Source: Planctomycetota bacterium
GTDB lineage: Bacteria > Planctomycetota > GCA-002687715 > DRQF01
NCBI GenBank assembly: GCA_027001995.1
Contig: JALTLO010000083.1
Coordinates: forward strand, 1 to 18,116
Length of the DNA stretch: 18,116 nt
Reading direction: 5' to 3'
Numbering within the stretch: position 1 is the first letter of the stretch; every line of letters starts with the position of its first letter. Both the position numbers and the translations under genes were made by a program. Shown here piece by piece: positions 6,419 to 15,925 of this stretch. The notes under the pieces were generated by a model that saw only the letters and a list, made by a program, of their open reading frames with translations, was not told the DNA's origin and did no database searches.

Positions 6419-7801
6419 TTAGTCGGTATTGGGCTTAGGGGTTCTGGTGCACAGAAGGACCCCAGAGACCAGGCAAAGGGGCATTATCTGGAGAACCAGG
6501 CGATTCATCGAAGTAGACAAATGCCAGTGAATCTCTTGAGGTGTGACGACGTAGACCACGATCCAGCCTCCAATCGAGAGAAATGACGCGAACATAAGGA
6601 AGGCCGATGTCGAGTCCAGGCGCCAGAATCTGCGGCGGAGCCCATCTATCAACAAAATGACGGCTAACAGCAGTGCTGCAGCCCATCGACTTCGGGACAG
6701 CTCATTTGCTGGATTGAGCTCGGTTCCATAGGCACCCAAAACAGTGCGCCACCGATCCCAGGATGAAAGATAGTCGAAGAATGAATCCTTGCCATTGGCG
6801 ATCAAATCATTGGTGGGTGGCCAGTTGGTCTTGAAAAGAATGAGAGCAATAAGGAAGACCATTGACGAGAACACAAGTCGCAGGGTGAAACCAAGATGCT
6901 CTCTCCAACTTCTTCCTTTCAATTCGGTAAGAAAATGTAGTCCAGCAAAGAGAAACAGAAGTGGTATTCCCTCGTTCTTGATCCAAGGCATCGCCCCAAG
7001 AAAAAGGCCTGCAGTTGTAGCATCAATGGGGTTTCTGTCCTTCTTGTCACGTTGCAATGCCAAGAACCCTGCGCCCCCCAATACGGCGTAGGACAAATGC
7101 CCGTCGACATATTGGCGTTGCCCCCAAATCAAAAGTGATGGAGTCAACAGGACAACTGCTGAGGTCCAAGCTGCCAGGCAAGCCGACCGACGAGCGTGAA
7201 CGATCTCGTAGACCAACGTTCCCATGGGCAAAATGAAAAGAGCATGAGTCCATTGGACGACGAACCAACTTTCTTCTCCCACACAGTGCCATTGGGCGGC
7301 GATGGCTGCGGGAAAGAACAGAGGATAGTCCATATGGTGAGATGGATCCAAGAATGGCATGAGGTTGGGATACTGAGAACCGCTTCGATGAAGGAATCGG
7401 GCAGCATAATTCCAGATGGCCATGGCGTCCGCACCACCTTCACCATGTTCTTGATCCAAGAGCATGGAAGTCAGGGTTAGACCCAGACCTATGAATACTG
7501 GCAGCAGAATCCACAAGGAACCGTTATTCCGGCTTTCTCGCGGTGATTGAATTGACTCTGTACTTGCTAGCCGAATCAAGAAATAGCTCAGGGCGAACAT
7601 GATTGCCGGCGCCCAAATAGGCGCACCAACGAACAACCCAAGGAACCAAGAAACCGAAAGTAGACCGACTCCCGTGAGTGGGCAAATCGTTACTCCTTTG
7701 AGCAGCTGGGTAGTCCATGGGTCCGTAGACATACAACGAATCCGGGCACCCAGCACGACTCCCCATAATAGAACAACTGTGGTAACTGCGATGGAGGTCA
7801 T
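6419..7801 (-). CDS. Polytopic membrane protein, GT-C fold glycosyltransferase-like (PMT/ArnT/RgtA-like), 460 aa
   Basis: Many hydrophobic helices and motifs DAMAIWNYAAR, HMDYPL, YVDG, KNEG, RLVLQ typical of PMT_2/RgtA-like proteins. Start placed at ATG 7801, which overlaps the upstream TGA (ATGA overlap), rather than 7897. Confidence 0.72.
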   Translation of the reverse strand: MTSIAVTTVVLLWGVVLGARIRCMSTDPWTTQLLKGVTICPLTGVGLLSVSWFLGLFVGAPIWAPAIMFALSYFLIRLASTESIQSPRESRNNGSLWILLPVFIGLGLTLTSMLLDQEHGEGGADAMAIWNYAARFLHRSGSQYPNLMPFLDPSHHMDYPLFFPAAIAAQWHCVGEESWFVVQWTHALFILPMGTLVYEIVHARRSACLAAWTSAVVLLTPSLLIWGQRQYVDGHLSYAVLGGAGFLALQRDKKDRNPIDATTAGLFLGAMPWIKNEGIPLLFLFAGLHFLTELKGRSWREHLGFTLRLVFSSMVFLIALILFKTNWPPTNDLIANGKDSFFDYLSSWDRWRTVLGAYGTELNPANELSRSRWAAALLLAVILLIDGLRRRFWRLDSTSAFLMFASFLSIGGWIVVYVVTPQEIHWHLSTSMNRLVLQIMPLCLVSGVLLCTRTPKPNTD

Positions 7802-8277
7802 TTGCTTTTGTCTTTTTTCGGCGGGAGAGAGCGAAAGAGGGCCAGCTTGTCGCCGAATCGCTTGAAGGTCAGGATTCGGCCATCCTTTTGTGACCAAGTC
7901 CTAATCTTACGTTCAGCATCGTCGATGGAAGAGGCAAAAGCAGCATCACAAATGCACCAAGAACCGGAGTCGAGTTTCTTGAAGGCAGATGGCCAGTCGG
8001 TTTTGACGTCGAGCTTGGTTGGGATGATTGCGTACTGGCAAGTGTGAATCCGGCCATTGGCATCTTTGAATCCTTCTTCATCTGTCATGAAGATAACGGA
8101 GTCTTCTTGTTCTAAGTGCTTGGCGAGATCGTCGAAGTACGGATTCGCCCAATGTGGCGTTGGGCGGGAAAACTCCGCCTTGACCGTTTGAAACATCTGA
8201 AGCAACCCAAAGACCGTGGCGATGATCAGTAGCCCTAAGACGAGAGGATTTTCGTTCTTTTGGTCTTGGTCTGTCAC
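7798..8277 (-). CDS. Hypothetical membrane-anchored protein (159 aa), translationally coupled to the GT-C gene
   Basis: GTG start after AAGGGAA, a single N-terminal TM helix (LVLGLLIIATVFGLL), a QYAIIP motif and a 4-nt overlap with the next gene. Confidence 0.75.
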   Translation of the reverse strand: MTDQDQKNENPLVLGLLIIATVFGLLQMFQTVKAEFSRPTPHWANPYFDDLAKHLEQEDSVIFMTDEEGFKDANGRIHTCQYAIIPTKLDVKTDWPSAFKKLDSGSWCICDAAFASSIDDAERKIRTWSQKDGRILTFKRFGDKLALFRSLPPKKDKSK

Positions 8278-8356
8278 AGGTTCCCTTTGTCCACAAGGTC
8301 CGAATTGTTTCTCGGGTTGTCGGCGATCGATTCCTGAAGGGGATTGTAACGCAGCG

Positions 8357-8385
8357 AATTCGAATTTGAAGGGAGCAACTATAAT
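8357..8385 (+). promoter_or_regulatory. Putative sigma70 -10 box for ygiQ, with an upstream palindrome
   Basis: Perfect TATAAT at 8380-8385, about 40 nt before the ATG. The palindrome AATTCGAATT (8357-8366) overlaps the expected -35 position. Confidence 0.4.
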
Positions 8386-8424
8386 CTGGGTGAGGGCTAA
8401 AAAGGTTGGTTAGTATGGGTTCTC

Positions 8425-10407
8425 ATGAGCAAACCACAGAAATCGAAGAAAAAGGGCAGCTCTTCGCACTTGCCAATGACCAAGGGCGAAGTGGAACTGC
8501 GGGGATGGGACGAACTTGACGTCGTCTTCGTCACGGGTGATGCCTATGTTGATCACCCTTCGTTTGCCATGGCCATTTTGGGTCGGAGCTTGGAGGCTGC
8601 TGGTTTTCGGGTTGGTATCGTGAGTCAGCCCAAATGGAACACTGCCGACGATTTTCGCGCCTTGGGCAAACCGAGACTCTTCTTTGCAGTTTCGGCTGGC
8701 AATATGGATTCGATGATCAATCACTACACGGCCAACAAAAAGCCAAGGTCAGATGACGCCTATTCTCCCGGTGGGGAATCTGGCCGTCGCCCTGATCGCG
8801 CCGTGGCGGTTTATGCTCAAAGGTGTCGTGAGGCATTTCCCGGCTCAACCGTTGTGATTGGTGGTGTGGAAGCATCGTTGCGGCGCCTTGCTCATTTTGA
8901 TTATTGGAGTGAAACCGTTAAGCCTTCTGTCCTCGTCTCTAGTAAAGCCGATCTGGTCATTTATGGGATGGCAGAAGAACAAATCGTCGAAGTTGCGAAT
9001 CGCCTGGCGGATGGCGAAAGCGTGAAAGACCTGCGGGATATGCGGGGGGCCACTTACATTCTTGGCAAGAACGAATCTCTCATGGCTATGCCTCGCCATA
9101 TGAGGCAGACTGGAACGCCCCGAGATGACACCAAGGAAATGCCGTCGTTCGAGTTGGTCAAAGAAGACAAGACGGAATTCGCTCGCGCAACCTTCATCGT
9201 TCACCATGAGAGCAATCCTTTCAACGGACGGCGTTTGATCCAGAAGCATGGTGATCGTTTGGTCGTACAGAACCCTCCGCCTTTGCCATTGTCCACCAGC
9301 GGGATGGATCGCGTTTATGATCTCCCCTATGCCAGAAGTCCTCATCCACTCTATGGTGATGCCAAGATTCCGGCATGGGAGATGATCAAGAATTCCATTA
9401 CCATCATGCGCGGTTGTTTTGGTGGTTGTTCGTTCTGCTCGATTACAGCCCACCAAGGCCGCATCATTCAGTCTCGCTCTCAGGAATCCATCGAGAAAGA
9501 AGTTGATCTCTTGAAGGAGACAAAAGGATTTACGGGAGTCATCTCGGATATCGGTGGGCCGACAGCAAACATGTACAAAATGCGCTGCACCAAACCAGAG
9601 ATCGAGGCCAAATGCCATCGACAGTCTTGTGTGCACCCAACAATTTGCAAGCTGTTGGGGACCGATCATGGGCCTTTGAGAGAACTGATGCGAACGGTGC
9701 GTGAAAAGGATCATGTTAAGAAAGTCTTCGTGGCAAGTGGGATTCGCACGGACTTAGCTCAGCTCGACAAAGGCTACGTGCGTGATCTTGCCAAGCATCA
9801 TGTGGGAGGGATTCTGAAAGTCGCTCCGGAACACGCCCATCCAGATGTCTTGAAAGCAATGCGTAAGCCGCCGGTTGATGACTTCGATGCATTTATCAAG
9901 GTGTTCAACAAGGCTAGCAAGAAGGCTGGCAAGCGCCAGTATATCGTGCCGTATTTCATCGCCTCACACCCCGGCAGTGGTGTGGAGGAGATGGTAGAAC
10001 TTGCGGTTTACTTGAAGCGCAGTGGTTTGCGTCCGGACGCTGTCCAAGATTTCATTCCGGCCCCCATGGACATGGCGACAGCCATGTACTACACCGGTTT
10101 AGATCCAGCGACCATGAAGCCCATCAAGATCGCCCGCAATCTCAATGATCGCAAAATGCAACGGGCTTTGTTGCAGTTCTTCAAACCAGAAAACTATTTC
10201 GCCGTTAAGAACATCTTGAAAGACATCGGGCGTACGGACTTGATTGGCGATGGTTGTGAAAGCTTGATCCCTTTGAATCCACCGCGAGAAGCGGTCTTGG
10301 CCCGTCGCCGCCAAAGTCAATCATCGATTGCTCCTAAGAAACGCTCTTCCGGCTACCGACCTCATCGTAAGGGGTGGAAGAAACCAACTCATAAGAAAGG
10401 TTCGTAA
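8425..10407 (+). CDS. ygiQ: YgiQ family radical SAM protein (660 aa)
   Basis: Family signatures VTGDAYVDHPSF, GNMDSMINHYT, RRLAHFDYWS, RGCFGGCSFC (CxxxCxxC), DIGGPTANMY, LKVAPEH, PYFIASHPG. Confidence 0.95.
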   Translation: MSKPQKSKKKGSSSHLPMTKGEVELRGWDELDVVFVTGDAYVDHPSFAMAILGRSLEAAGFRVGIVSQPKWNTADDFRALGKPRLFFAVSAGNMDSMINHYTANKKPRSDDAYSPGGESGRRPDRAVAVYAQRCREAFPGSTVVIGGVEASLRRLAHFDYWSETVKPSVLVSSKADLVIYGMAEEQIVEVANRLADGESVKDLRDMRGATYILGKNESLMAMPRHMRQTGTPRDDTKEMPSFELVKEDKTEFARATFIVHHESNPFNGRRLIQKHGDRLVVQNPPPLPLSTSGMDRVYDLPYARSPHPLYGDAKIPAWEMIKNSITIMRGCFGGCSFCSITAHQGRIIQSRSQESIEKEVDLLKETKGFTGVISDIGGPTANMYKMRCTKPEIEAKCHRQSCVHPTICKLLGTDHGPLRELMRTVREKDHVKKVFVASGIRTDLAQLDKGYVRDLAKHHVGGILKVAPEHAHPDVLKAMRKPPVDDFDAFIKVFNKASKKAGKRQYIVPYFIASHPGSGVEEMVELAVYLKRSGLRPDAVQDFIPAPMDMATAMYYTGLDPATMKPIKIARNLNDRKMQRALLQFFKPENYFAVKNILKDIGRTDLIGDGCESLIPLNPPREAVLARRRQSQSSIAPKKRSSGYRPHRKGWKKPTHKKGS

Positions 10408-10409
10408 TC

Positions 10410-11144
10410 ATGCAGAAGAAACTTGATAAGTGGCATAGCAACAACTTGAACAAAGAAATGCCCATCGTTCGCTACGGAGACACGGGAGCACCCGTTCTTT
10501 TCTTTCCAACTGCCGCGGCCGACTACTTGGAGTATGAGCGTTTCAAGTTGATCGATGCCATCAAACCCTATATCGACGGCGGGTTGATCAACGTCTTTTC
10601 AATCGACAGTGTCAACAAAGATGCATGGCTCAATGAAGATATTGAACCAGCCGAGCGAGCGATCTTGCAAGTCGCATACGATCGCTATGTTAGTGAAGAG
10701 GTTGTTCCCTATATTGAAGAAGAGTGTCAAACACCGGGGATCGGAATCACCACAACGGGAGCGAGTTTCGGTGCATTTCACGCCATGAACACACTGCTCA
10801 AACATCCGGAACAATTTTCTGGCGTGATCGCTATGTCCGGGTGCTATGACATTCGATCATGTTGTGACGGTTATCACGACGAAAACGTCTACTTCAACAA
10901 TCCGATCGAGTTCATTCCAAACTTAGAGTCCGAAGATATTCTCAAGGCAATTCGCGACACACGTATTACAATCGTGACTGGGCAAGGCGACTATGAAAAC
11001 CCAGATTACTCCAAGGAAATGGCTGGTGTCTTAGAAGCCAAGGGAATTCCTGTGGAACTTGATTTATGGGGTTTGGATGTGAAACATGATTGGCCGTGGT
11101 GGGAAAAGATGTTGCACCACTATTTGCCAACCTATTTCGCTTAG
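10410..11144 (+). CDS. Alpha/beta-hydrolase, esterase family protein (244 aa)
   Basis: Nucleophile elbow GASFG, MSGCYD, VYFNNP and the catalytic His motif HDWPWW. It starts 2 nt after the ygiQ stop. Confidence 0.88.
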   Translation: MQKKLDKWHSNNLNKEMPIVRYGDTGAPVLFFPTAAADYLEYERFKLIDAIKPYIDGGLINVFSIDSVNKDAWLNEDIEPAERAILQVAYDRYVSEEVVPYIEEECQTPGIGITTTGASFGAFHAMNTLLKHPEQFSGVIAMSGCYDIRSCCDGYHDENVYFNNPIEFIPNLESEDILKAIRDTRITIVTGQGDYENPDYSKEMAGVLEAKGIPVELDLWGLDVKHDWPWWEKMLHHYLPTYFA

Positions 11145-11198
11145 TTCATTTTCCCTATGGATAGGGGGAGCTGGACTTTGTCTCGAAGCCGCCTCTTC

Positions 11199-13049
11199 CT
11201 ACTCTATGTTGCGAATGAATTTTGCAGCATAGCTTCGAACTTCTTGTCCGTTGAGCACATGGAAATTTCTCAATCGATCCACTGTGCTTTTCGAAAACTT
11301 GCCCAAGGGAAGGTGGAGGGGAACCTTGCCGAATCGCTTGGCAAGACGCCTCCAGGATGCCTTGAGTGGGCAAGGGGATACGATGCAAACGTGTCTCTCA
11401 TTGGAATGGGCGAAAGCACCAGCCAAGAGTCTTTCTTCTAACGTATTCCATTCGTCCAAAGCTGGGTCAGTCCAAATGTCGGGAATCGGTCGGGGCGGGA
11501 ATAGGAAGAAAGCTCCACCATAGCGAGATTCGGCAACTCCTGGTCCAACCATGTTGTCGTGGTAATCGGTAGCGAAGAAGACCAAAGTCGATTCTTCTTG
11601 ATGCTCAGCGAACCAAGTTGTGCGCCAAGTGAATTCGTTGGGGTCAGCAGGAACTTCAAAGAGAAACACCACAATTTCTAAAGAGCCACGGGCTGGGGGG
11701 TACTCTCTGACATAGAGTTTTCCCGTGTGCCAATTGCGCAGAGTCTCGCGCATGTCCAAGCCATCTTTCATGGACGAGGAGAATTCCTCAACTCGCGCTA
11801 AGTCTTGGTTGAGCATCTCACGAGCTTGATTGCGGACGTGGCTGTTGAAACTTTCGATGCGCGAATCTTCGGGAGGCCAAGAGCATTGCTTGCGGGGATC
11901 CCAGACTTGCTCCCAACGATGGCGCTCTTCAATGTCTGGTTCCTTCTTCAGTTCTAAGGTTCGCCAAGTCATTTCTTGCCCGGGTAGGCGGCTTACCATC
12001 TCAAACTGTCCATGAAAGGGAATCTCGGCGACGCCTGGGGCCATCCGCAACTCGGGTGTGTCGTCGCTTTGCTGCAGGCGATAGTCCTTAGCTGTCTTCA
12101 ACAACTCAATGGCATAGTCATCACCGAAAACTTGTTTGGCCGCCTCGATGAGGGTGATGAGGTCTGGACGGAGCCGCCGACGAATGAGTGTGAGGTTGCG
12201 GACGTATTGTAAGTAAGTCGCGAAGAGTTTCGTTGACAGACGAGATTTGGCCTTTGGCTTCCTCTTGATGATTCGGTCGCGGGCTTCCAAGAGGAGCTCC
12301 TTGATGCCATCAATGGAGAGAGTCTTCTCTTCGTCGAATCCGGAACGGACATGCTCGTAGAGCTCGGTGACATAAGGCAATTCAGCCAGAAAAAATGCCA
12401 AAGTCTCTTTTTCGACTGGGTGCGTCTCAATGGGGGCAAAATACTGGTCAGAATCGGGATAGGGGGCTCTTTCGCGGAAAGCATCGAGGAGCCAAGGCCA
12501 ATCTAAAATGGAACAGACACAGAGAATGCTCTCATGTTCCAATTCTAATTTGTGCAATTCGAAGGCCATGTGGCGGACGCGCAAGTCTTGCTGGGAATTC
12601 TCTTCGGGATTCGGGTTTGCAGCCATGACGGCAATGGCGAACTTCTCTGGACTGAGTGCCTTGAGGGCATAAGGGTCAGGGAATACGGCTCCTTCAGATT
12701 CGTAATTGCGGCACTCGCGGTCTATGAAAGCGCAAGGGATGCGTTCTTGCAATGCGATCCTCAAACCACGAATGACACCCTGGCAGGGGTCAATTGGAAC
12801 ATAGCTGCAAACGTTCTCATCATCCGCGCAACTTTGAACGACAGCGGAGATTTGCGGTAGTTTTTTGGTCGCGGCCAAGACATCGCCAGCGAATGAAGCT
12901 GGCAGTGGTACGGCGAAGCAACCATAGCGCTTGCTCAACAATTCGTCCCGAAGCGCCAAGGCAAAATCAGCGCTGCCGTTCATGATCGGCATCACTTTGA
13001 GCCTTGGGCTCAATTCAAAAATCTGCTTTTCGAAACTGTTGGGAGTCAA
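11199..13049 (-). CDS. Hypothetical protein (616 aa), putative MoxR partner; N-terminal YehM/DUF5682/TraB-like fold
   Basis: Long ORF whose TTG start overlaps the ATPase stop (TTGA). The N-terminal pattern parallels YehM/TraB-type proteins, and GLDMRETLR resembles the pre-vWA motif of MoxR partners. Confidence 0.75.
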   Translation of the reverse strand: MTPNSFEKQIFELSPRLKVMPIMNGSADFALALRDELLSKRYGCFAVPLPASFAGDVLAATKKLPQISAVVQSCADDENVCSYVPIDPCQGVIRGLRIALQERIPCAFIDRECRNYESEGAVFPDPYALKALSPEKFAIAVMAANPNPEENSQQDLRVRHMAFELHKLELEHESILCVCSILDWPWLLDAFRERAPYPDSDQYFAPIETHPVEKETLAFFLAELPYVTELYEHVRSGFDEEKTLSIDGIKELLLEARDRIIKRKPKAKSRLSTKLFATYLQYVRNLTLIRRRLRPDLITLIEAAKQVFGDDYAIELLKTAKDYRLQQSDDTPELRMAPGVAEIPFHGQFEMVSRLPGQEMTWRTLELKKEPDIEERHRWEQVWDPRKQCSWPPEDSRIESFNSHVRNQAREMLNQDLARVEEFSSSMKDGLDMRETLRNWHTGKLYVREYPPARGSLEIVVFLFEVPADPNEFTWRTTWFAEHQEESTLVFFATDYHDNMVGPGVAESRYGGAFFLFPPRPIPDIWTDPALDEWNTLEERLLAGAFAHSNERHVCIVSPCPLKASWRRLAKRFGKVPLHLPLGKFSKSTVDRLRNFHVLNGQEVRSYAAKFIRNIE

Positions 13050-14005
13050 ATGTCGAATTCCTCATCGTCGTCCTCGTCCGGACGTAAGGAGTCATTGTCG
13101 CCAAAGAAAAAGTCTGCGAATCCATGGGGAAGACTTTCTGGGCCCAAGACCTGTTCACGGCGATTGGCCATGCTTTCAAGATCAAGGGCGTCTTCTCCCA
13201 GGACTCGAAGGACAGCTTCGCTCCAAACATCGTCCTTCGACATGGGGTGATCTGGCCTCTGAGCCATTCGTTTGAGTGCGTAGCGCAATAGGTTGATTCC
13301 ATCTCGAGGAGAGAAATCAAGATTAAGCCCGTGGGCCTGCTGAAGAAAATCAACGGTCATAGCCATCATCTCTTCTTCCGCGAATGGCAAGTGATACTGG
13401 AGGATGGCCAGTTCATCAACTCGAGCGGGATAGGACAGAGACAAAGTCGGTTGGAGCCGCGAAAGGATGTAATCGGGAATCTCGAAGGTGGATTCGTCTT
13501 GATTCATGGTGACACAGCAACGAAAGTCCTCATGGGCATGGATCGTAATTCCAGCAATGATCGACTCGACGTAACGGCGTTGATCGAGAAGAGGGGCTAA
13601 GGAAGCCCAGCTCTTTTCGTTCATGCGATTACCTTCGTCCAGGACACAAACGCCTCCGGTGATCATGGCGGTCACCAAGGGAGAAGCGTGGTAGCTAATT
13701 TTTCCGTCACCGGCCAAGACTGGTGTGACCAAGAGATCCTCAGGACGGGTGTCTGCCGTGCACTGATAGATGTGAAGGTCTTGCTCTCGATGTGCTGCTC
13801 CCGCCATGGCCAACGTTGTTTTGCCCATGCCTGGCATTCCGACAATGCGTGGAGCAAGGGGGCGATCCTTGGCATCGATCACTAACCAACAGGCTAACAA
13901 CTGCTCCAAGACCTCCGTTTGGCCGATCCACTCCTGGTTAGAAGTCACGGGTGATGAAAGATGGAGTGTAATCCCGTCAATGACGGTTTCTTTGACCTCA
14001 GTCAT
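13046..14005 (-). CDS. MoxR-like AAA+ ATPase (AAA_5), 319 aa
   Basis: Walker [20 protein letters not shown], Walker B CVLDEGNR, sensor-I TMN, Arg finger LSRL and an acidic C-terminal tail. Confidence 0.92.
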   Translation of the reverse strand: MTEVKETVIDGITLHLSSPVTSNQEWIGQTEVLEQLLACWLVIDAKDRPLAPRIVGMPGMGKTTLAMAGAAHREQDLHIYQCTADTRPEDLLVTPVLAGDGKISYHASPLVTAMITGGVCVLDEGNRMNEKSWASLAPLLDQRRYVESIIAGITIHAHEDFRCCVTMNQDESTFEIPDYILSRLQPTLSLSYPARVDELAILQYHLPFAEEEMMAMTVDFLQQAHGLNLDFSPRDGINLLRYALKRMAQRPDHPMSKDDVWSEAVLRVLGEDALDLESMANRREQVLGPESLPHGFADFFFGDNDSLRPDEDDDEEFDI

Positions 14006-15917
14006 GGTTCTGTGAACTTTCCATGGCGTTTTGAACTAATTCCGTTGGATAACCTTCCAAGCCTAACACACGGATGGCATTGCTGCTCTGGGCGTGTCCT
14101 TCCCGGAGACGGTAGTCGAATATCATTGTGCCGTCTTTGATTTCTTCGGTGAAGTGGAAATTGCGAATCCCATAATCTTTGTCTTTGGCTAACTTGGTGA
14201 ATGGCTGGTCATGGGTGGCCACGAGAGCTTTGCCGTCGTGTTTGGCAATCCACTTGGTAACCTCGATTCCTGCGGCCACTTTTTCGTTGGTGTTTGTGCC
14301 CCGGAACATCTCATCCAAGAGAGAGAATGTGGGAGTCGACTTTTCTAAATCATCAAGGACGTCTTTGATTCGCCCAACTTCCACTGCGAAATAGCTACGT
14401 CCATCGTCTAAAGAATCGCTGACATTGATATCCGTGTGTAGGAGATGGGGAGCAGTGATCATGGATTTGGCTCGGACTGGCCCACCGCATTGAGCTAAGA
14501 GCTGATTCAGGCCACACATCTTGAGAAATGTGCTCTTACCGGACATGTTTGATCCAGTAATGACCAAGACCCCTGCCTCCTGCGTGATTTGGATGCTGTT
14601 GGATTGGGCTTCATTCCAGGGCAGTAAAGGATGGATGCCTTCTTCAATTGTGATGGAGGAATCTTCGTTGCTCAGGGTTGGCCAATGCCATCCATTTTGC
14701 TCCTCGACGATGGTCGCTAAGGACATAAGAGCCTCTAACTCCCCTAATGCAGCGAAAGCGGACTTGTAGATCTGGCGATGTTTCTTGAATCCGGCCAAAA
14801 CTCCAGGGAGGACATGGAGGTCGAAGAGGGTCAACCAACTGACGACCACATAGAGGAGGCCGAATTTGTAAATGTTAAGGAGACGAAGTCGACTTTCCAC
14901 AGCGTGGATCGGCATCTCCTCATGATGGGTAGCGGCTCTAAGCCGACTGGCGATTTCACCGAGCCGCTTGCTCTTGGGGTCGAAGTGGCGAAGCCTCTCT
15001 TCAATGACAGCGATGGCACGTAAAGTTGGCTTGATTCCGCTCATGAACCCGCGATAGCGGGGGACATCTTCCAAGGAATCGCGATTCAAATAGTTCATCG
15101 CCGCGGCCGAGACGAATACCAGAGCAAAACAAATTGTCGACGAGAAAATGAAGGCTCCAAGAATGAGGGAAAGCGTGACAGCCGTTCCGAGCCCATTTAT
15201 TTGCGTCCGCTCTTGTGCTGGAATATGAAATGGGTCGTTGATTAAGCACAGAAGGTCTGCGTCTCCAAGTTGGCTTCCAACGGTAGCGAAATCTTGCTCG
15301 ATGTTGTTTCGTAGTGACAATGCTGCGGCTAGTTCTTGTGCTGCTTCATTTCGATCCTTCACTTCTTCAAAGGACAGCGATGGATTCTTCAACCACTTTC
15401 CTAACTGGATAGTTCCCAAGCGCGTGAATCCCGTCCACAGAAGACCAAACAAGTGGCTTCTGCCCTTCATGACTCCCAGATCGTCCAAGACATAGGGCGC
15501 TAGACTTTGGTGTTCCGGGGAATCGTCTTCGAGGCTAATCTGCTCACAAATGTTCGCCAAGTCTCCAGGAGGCAGGGGGCGTTGCTCGCTGTCCAGGCGT
15601 TTGAGCTTGGCTGCAATAATCGATTCCAACCTGCGGGATCGAGCCATTACCACCCGACGTGGGCGATGAATTCGAACGACCAAGACGAAACCGAGGAGCG
15701 CTGGAATCATCATGAACCACGCGAAACGTTCATCTTCTCGGAAAGCGGTTAAGAAATAGCCGAGGACGATCAAAGAGAAACTCAGCACCCGGGCGGTCAT
15801 GAACCGACGGTCAATCTGACCCATTTGGGACAATTGGCTTTCGACTTTTGTTTGCGCCTGTTCCAATCGTGCCCGCGTTGAGAGTACGGGGCAGGACGCT
15901 GCTGCAGGGTCGGTCAT
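13998..15917 (-). CDS. Membrane-anchored MutS-family ATPase (domain III/V only; not the mismatch-repair MutS1), 639 aa
   Basis: [57 protein letters not shown]. Several TM-like segments in the N-terminal half. No mismatch-binding domain I and no Smr domain is recognisable. Confidence 0.9.
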   Translation of the reverse strand: MTDPAAASCPVLSTRARLEQAQTKVESQLSQMGQIDRRFMTARVLSFSLIVLGYFLTAFREDERFAWFMMIPALLGFVLVVRIHRPRRVVMARSRRLESIIAAKLKRLDSEQRPLPPGDLANICEQISLEDDSPEHQSLAPYVLDDLGVMKGRSHLFGLLWTGFTRLGTIQLGKWLKNPSLSFEEVKDRNEAAQELAAALSLRNNIEQDFATVGSQLGDADLLCLINDPFHIPAQERTQINGLGTAVTLSLILGAFIFSSTICFALVFVSAAAMNYLNRDSLEDVPRYRGFMSGIKPTLRAIAVIEERLRHFDPKSKRLGEIASRLRAATHHEEMPIHAVESRLRLLNIYKFGLLYVVVSWLTLFDLHVLPGVLAGFKKHRQIYKSAFAALGELEALMSLATIVEEQNGWHWPTLSNEDSSITIEEGIHPLLPWNEAQSNSIQITQEAGVLVITGSNMSGKSTFLKMCGLNQLLAQCGGPVRAKSMITAPHLLHTDINVSDSLDDGRSYFAVEVGRIKDVLDDLEKSTPTFSLLDEMFRGTNTNEKVAAGIEVTKWIAKHDGKALVATHDQPFTKLAKDKDYGIRNFHFTEEIKDGTMIFDYRLREGHAQSSNAIRVLGLEGYPTELVQNAMESSQNHD

Positions 15918-15925
15918 TTCAGTTC

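Noticed and set aside
7802..7897. Longer start (7897) for the GT-C gene
   Set aside because: It would overlap the upstream gene by 100 nt. The ATGA-coupled start at 7801 is more parsimonious.
1301..9714. Long antisense ORFs (1301-1945, 4577-5266, 8845-9714 and others)
   Set aside because: They are shadow ORFs opposite well-supported genes, explained by codon bias, and have no motifs.
11150..11170. Terminator between the convergent esterase and 616-aa genes (CCCTA-TGGA-TAGGG)
   Set aside because: The stem is short and has no downstream U-tract on either strand.
13998..15917. Calling this gene mutS or mutS2
   Set aside because: It lacks the mismatch-binding domain and the Smr domain and has TM segments, so no gene symbol was assigned.
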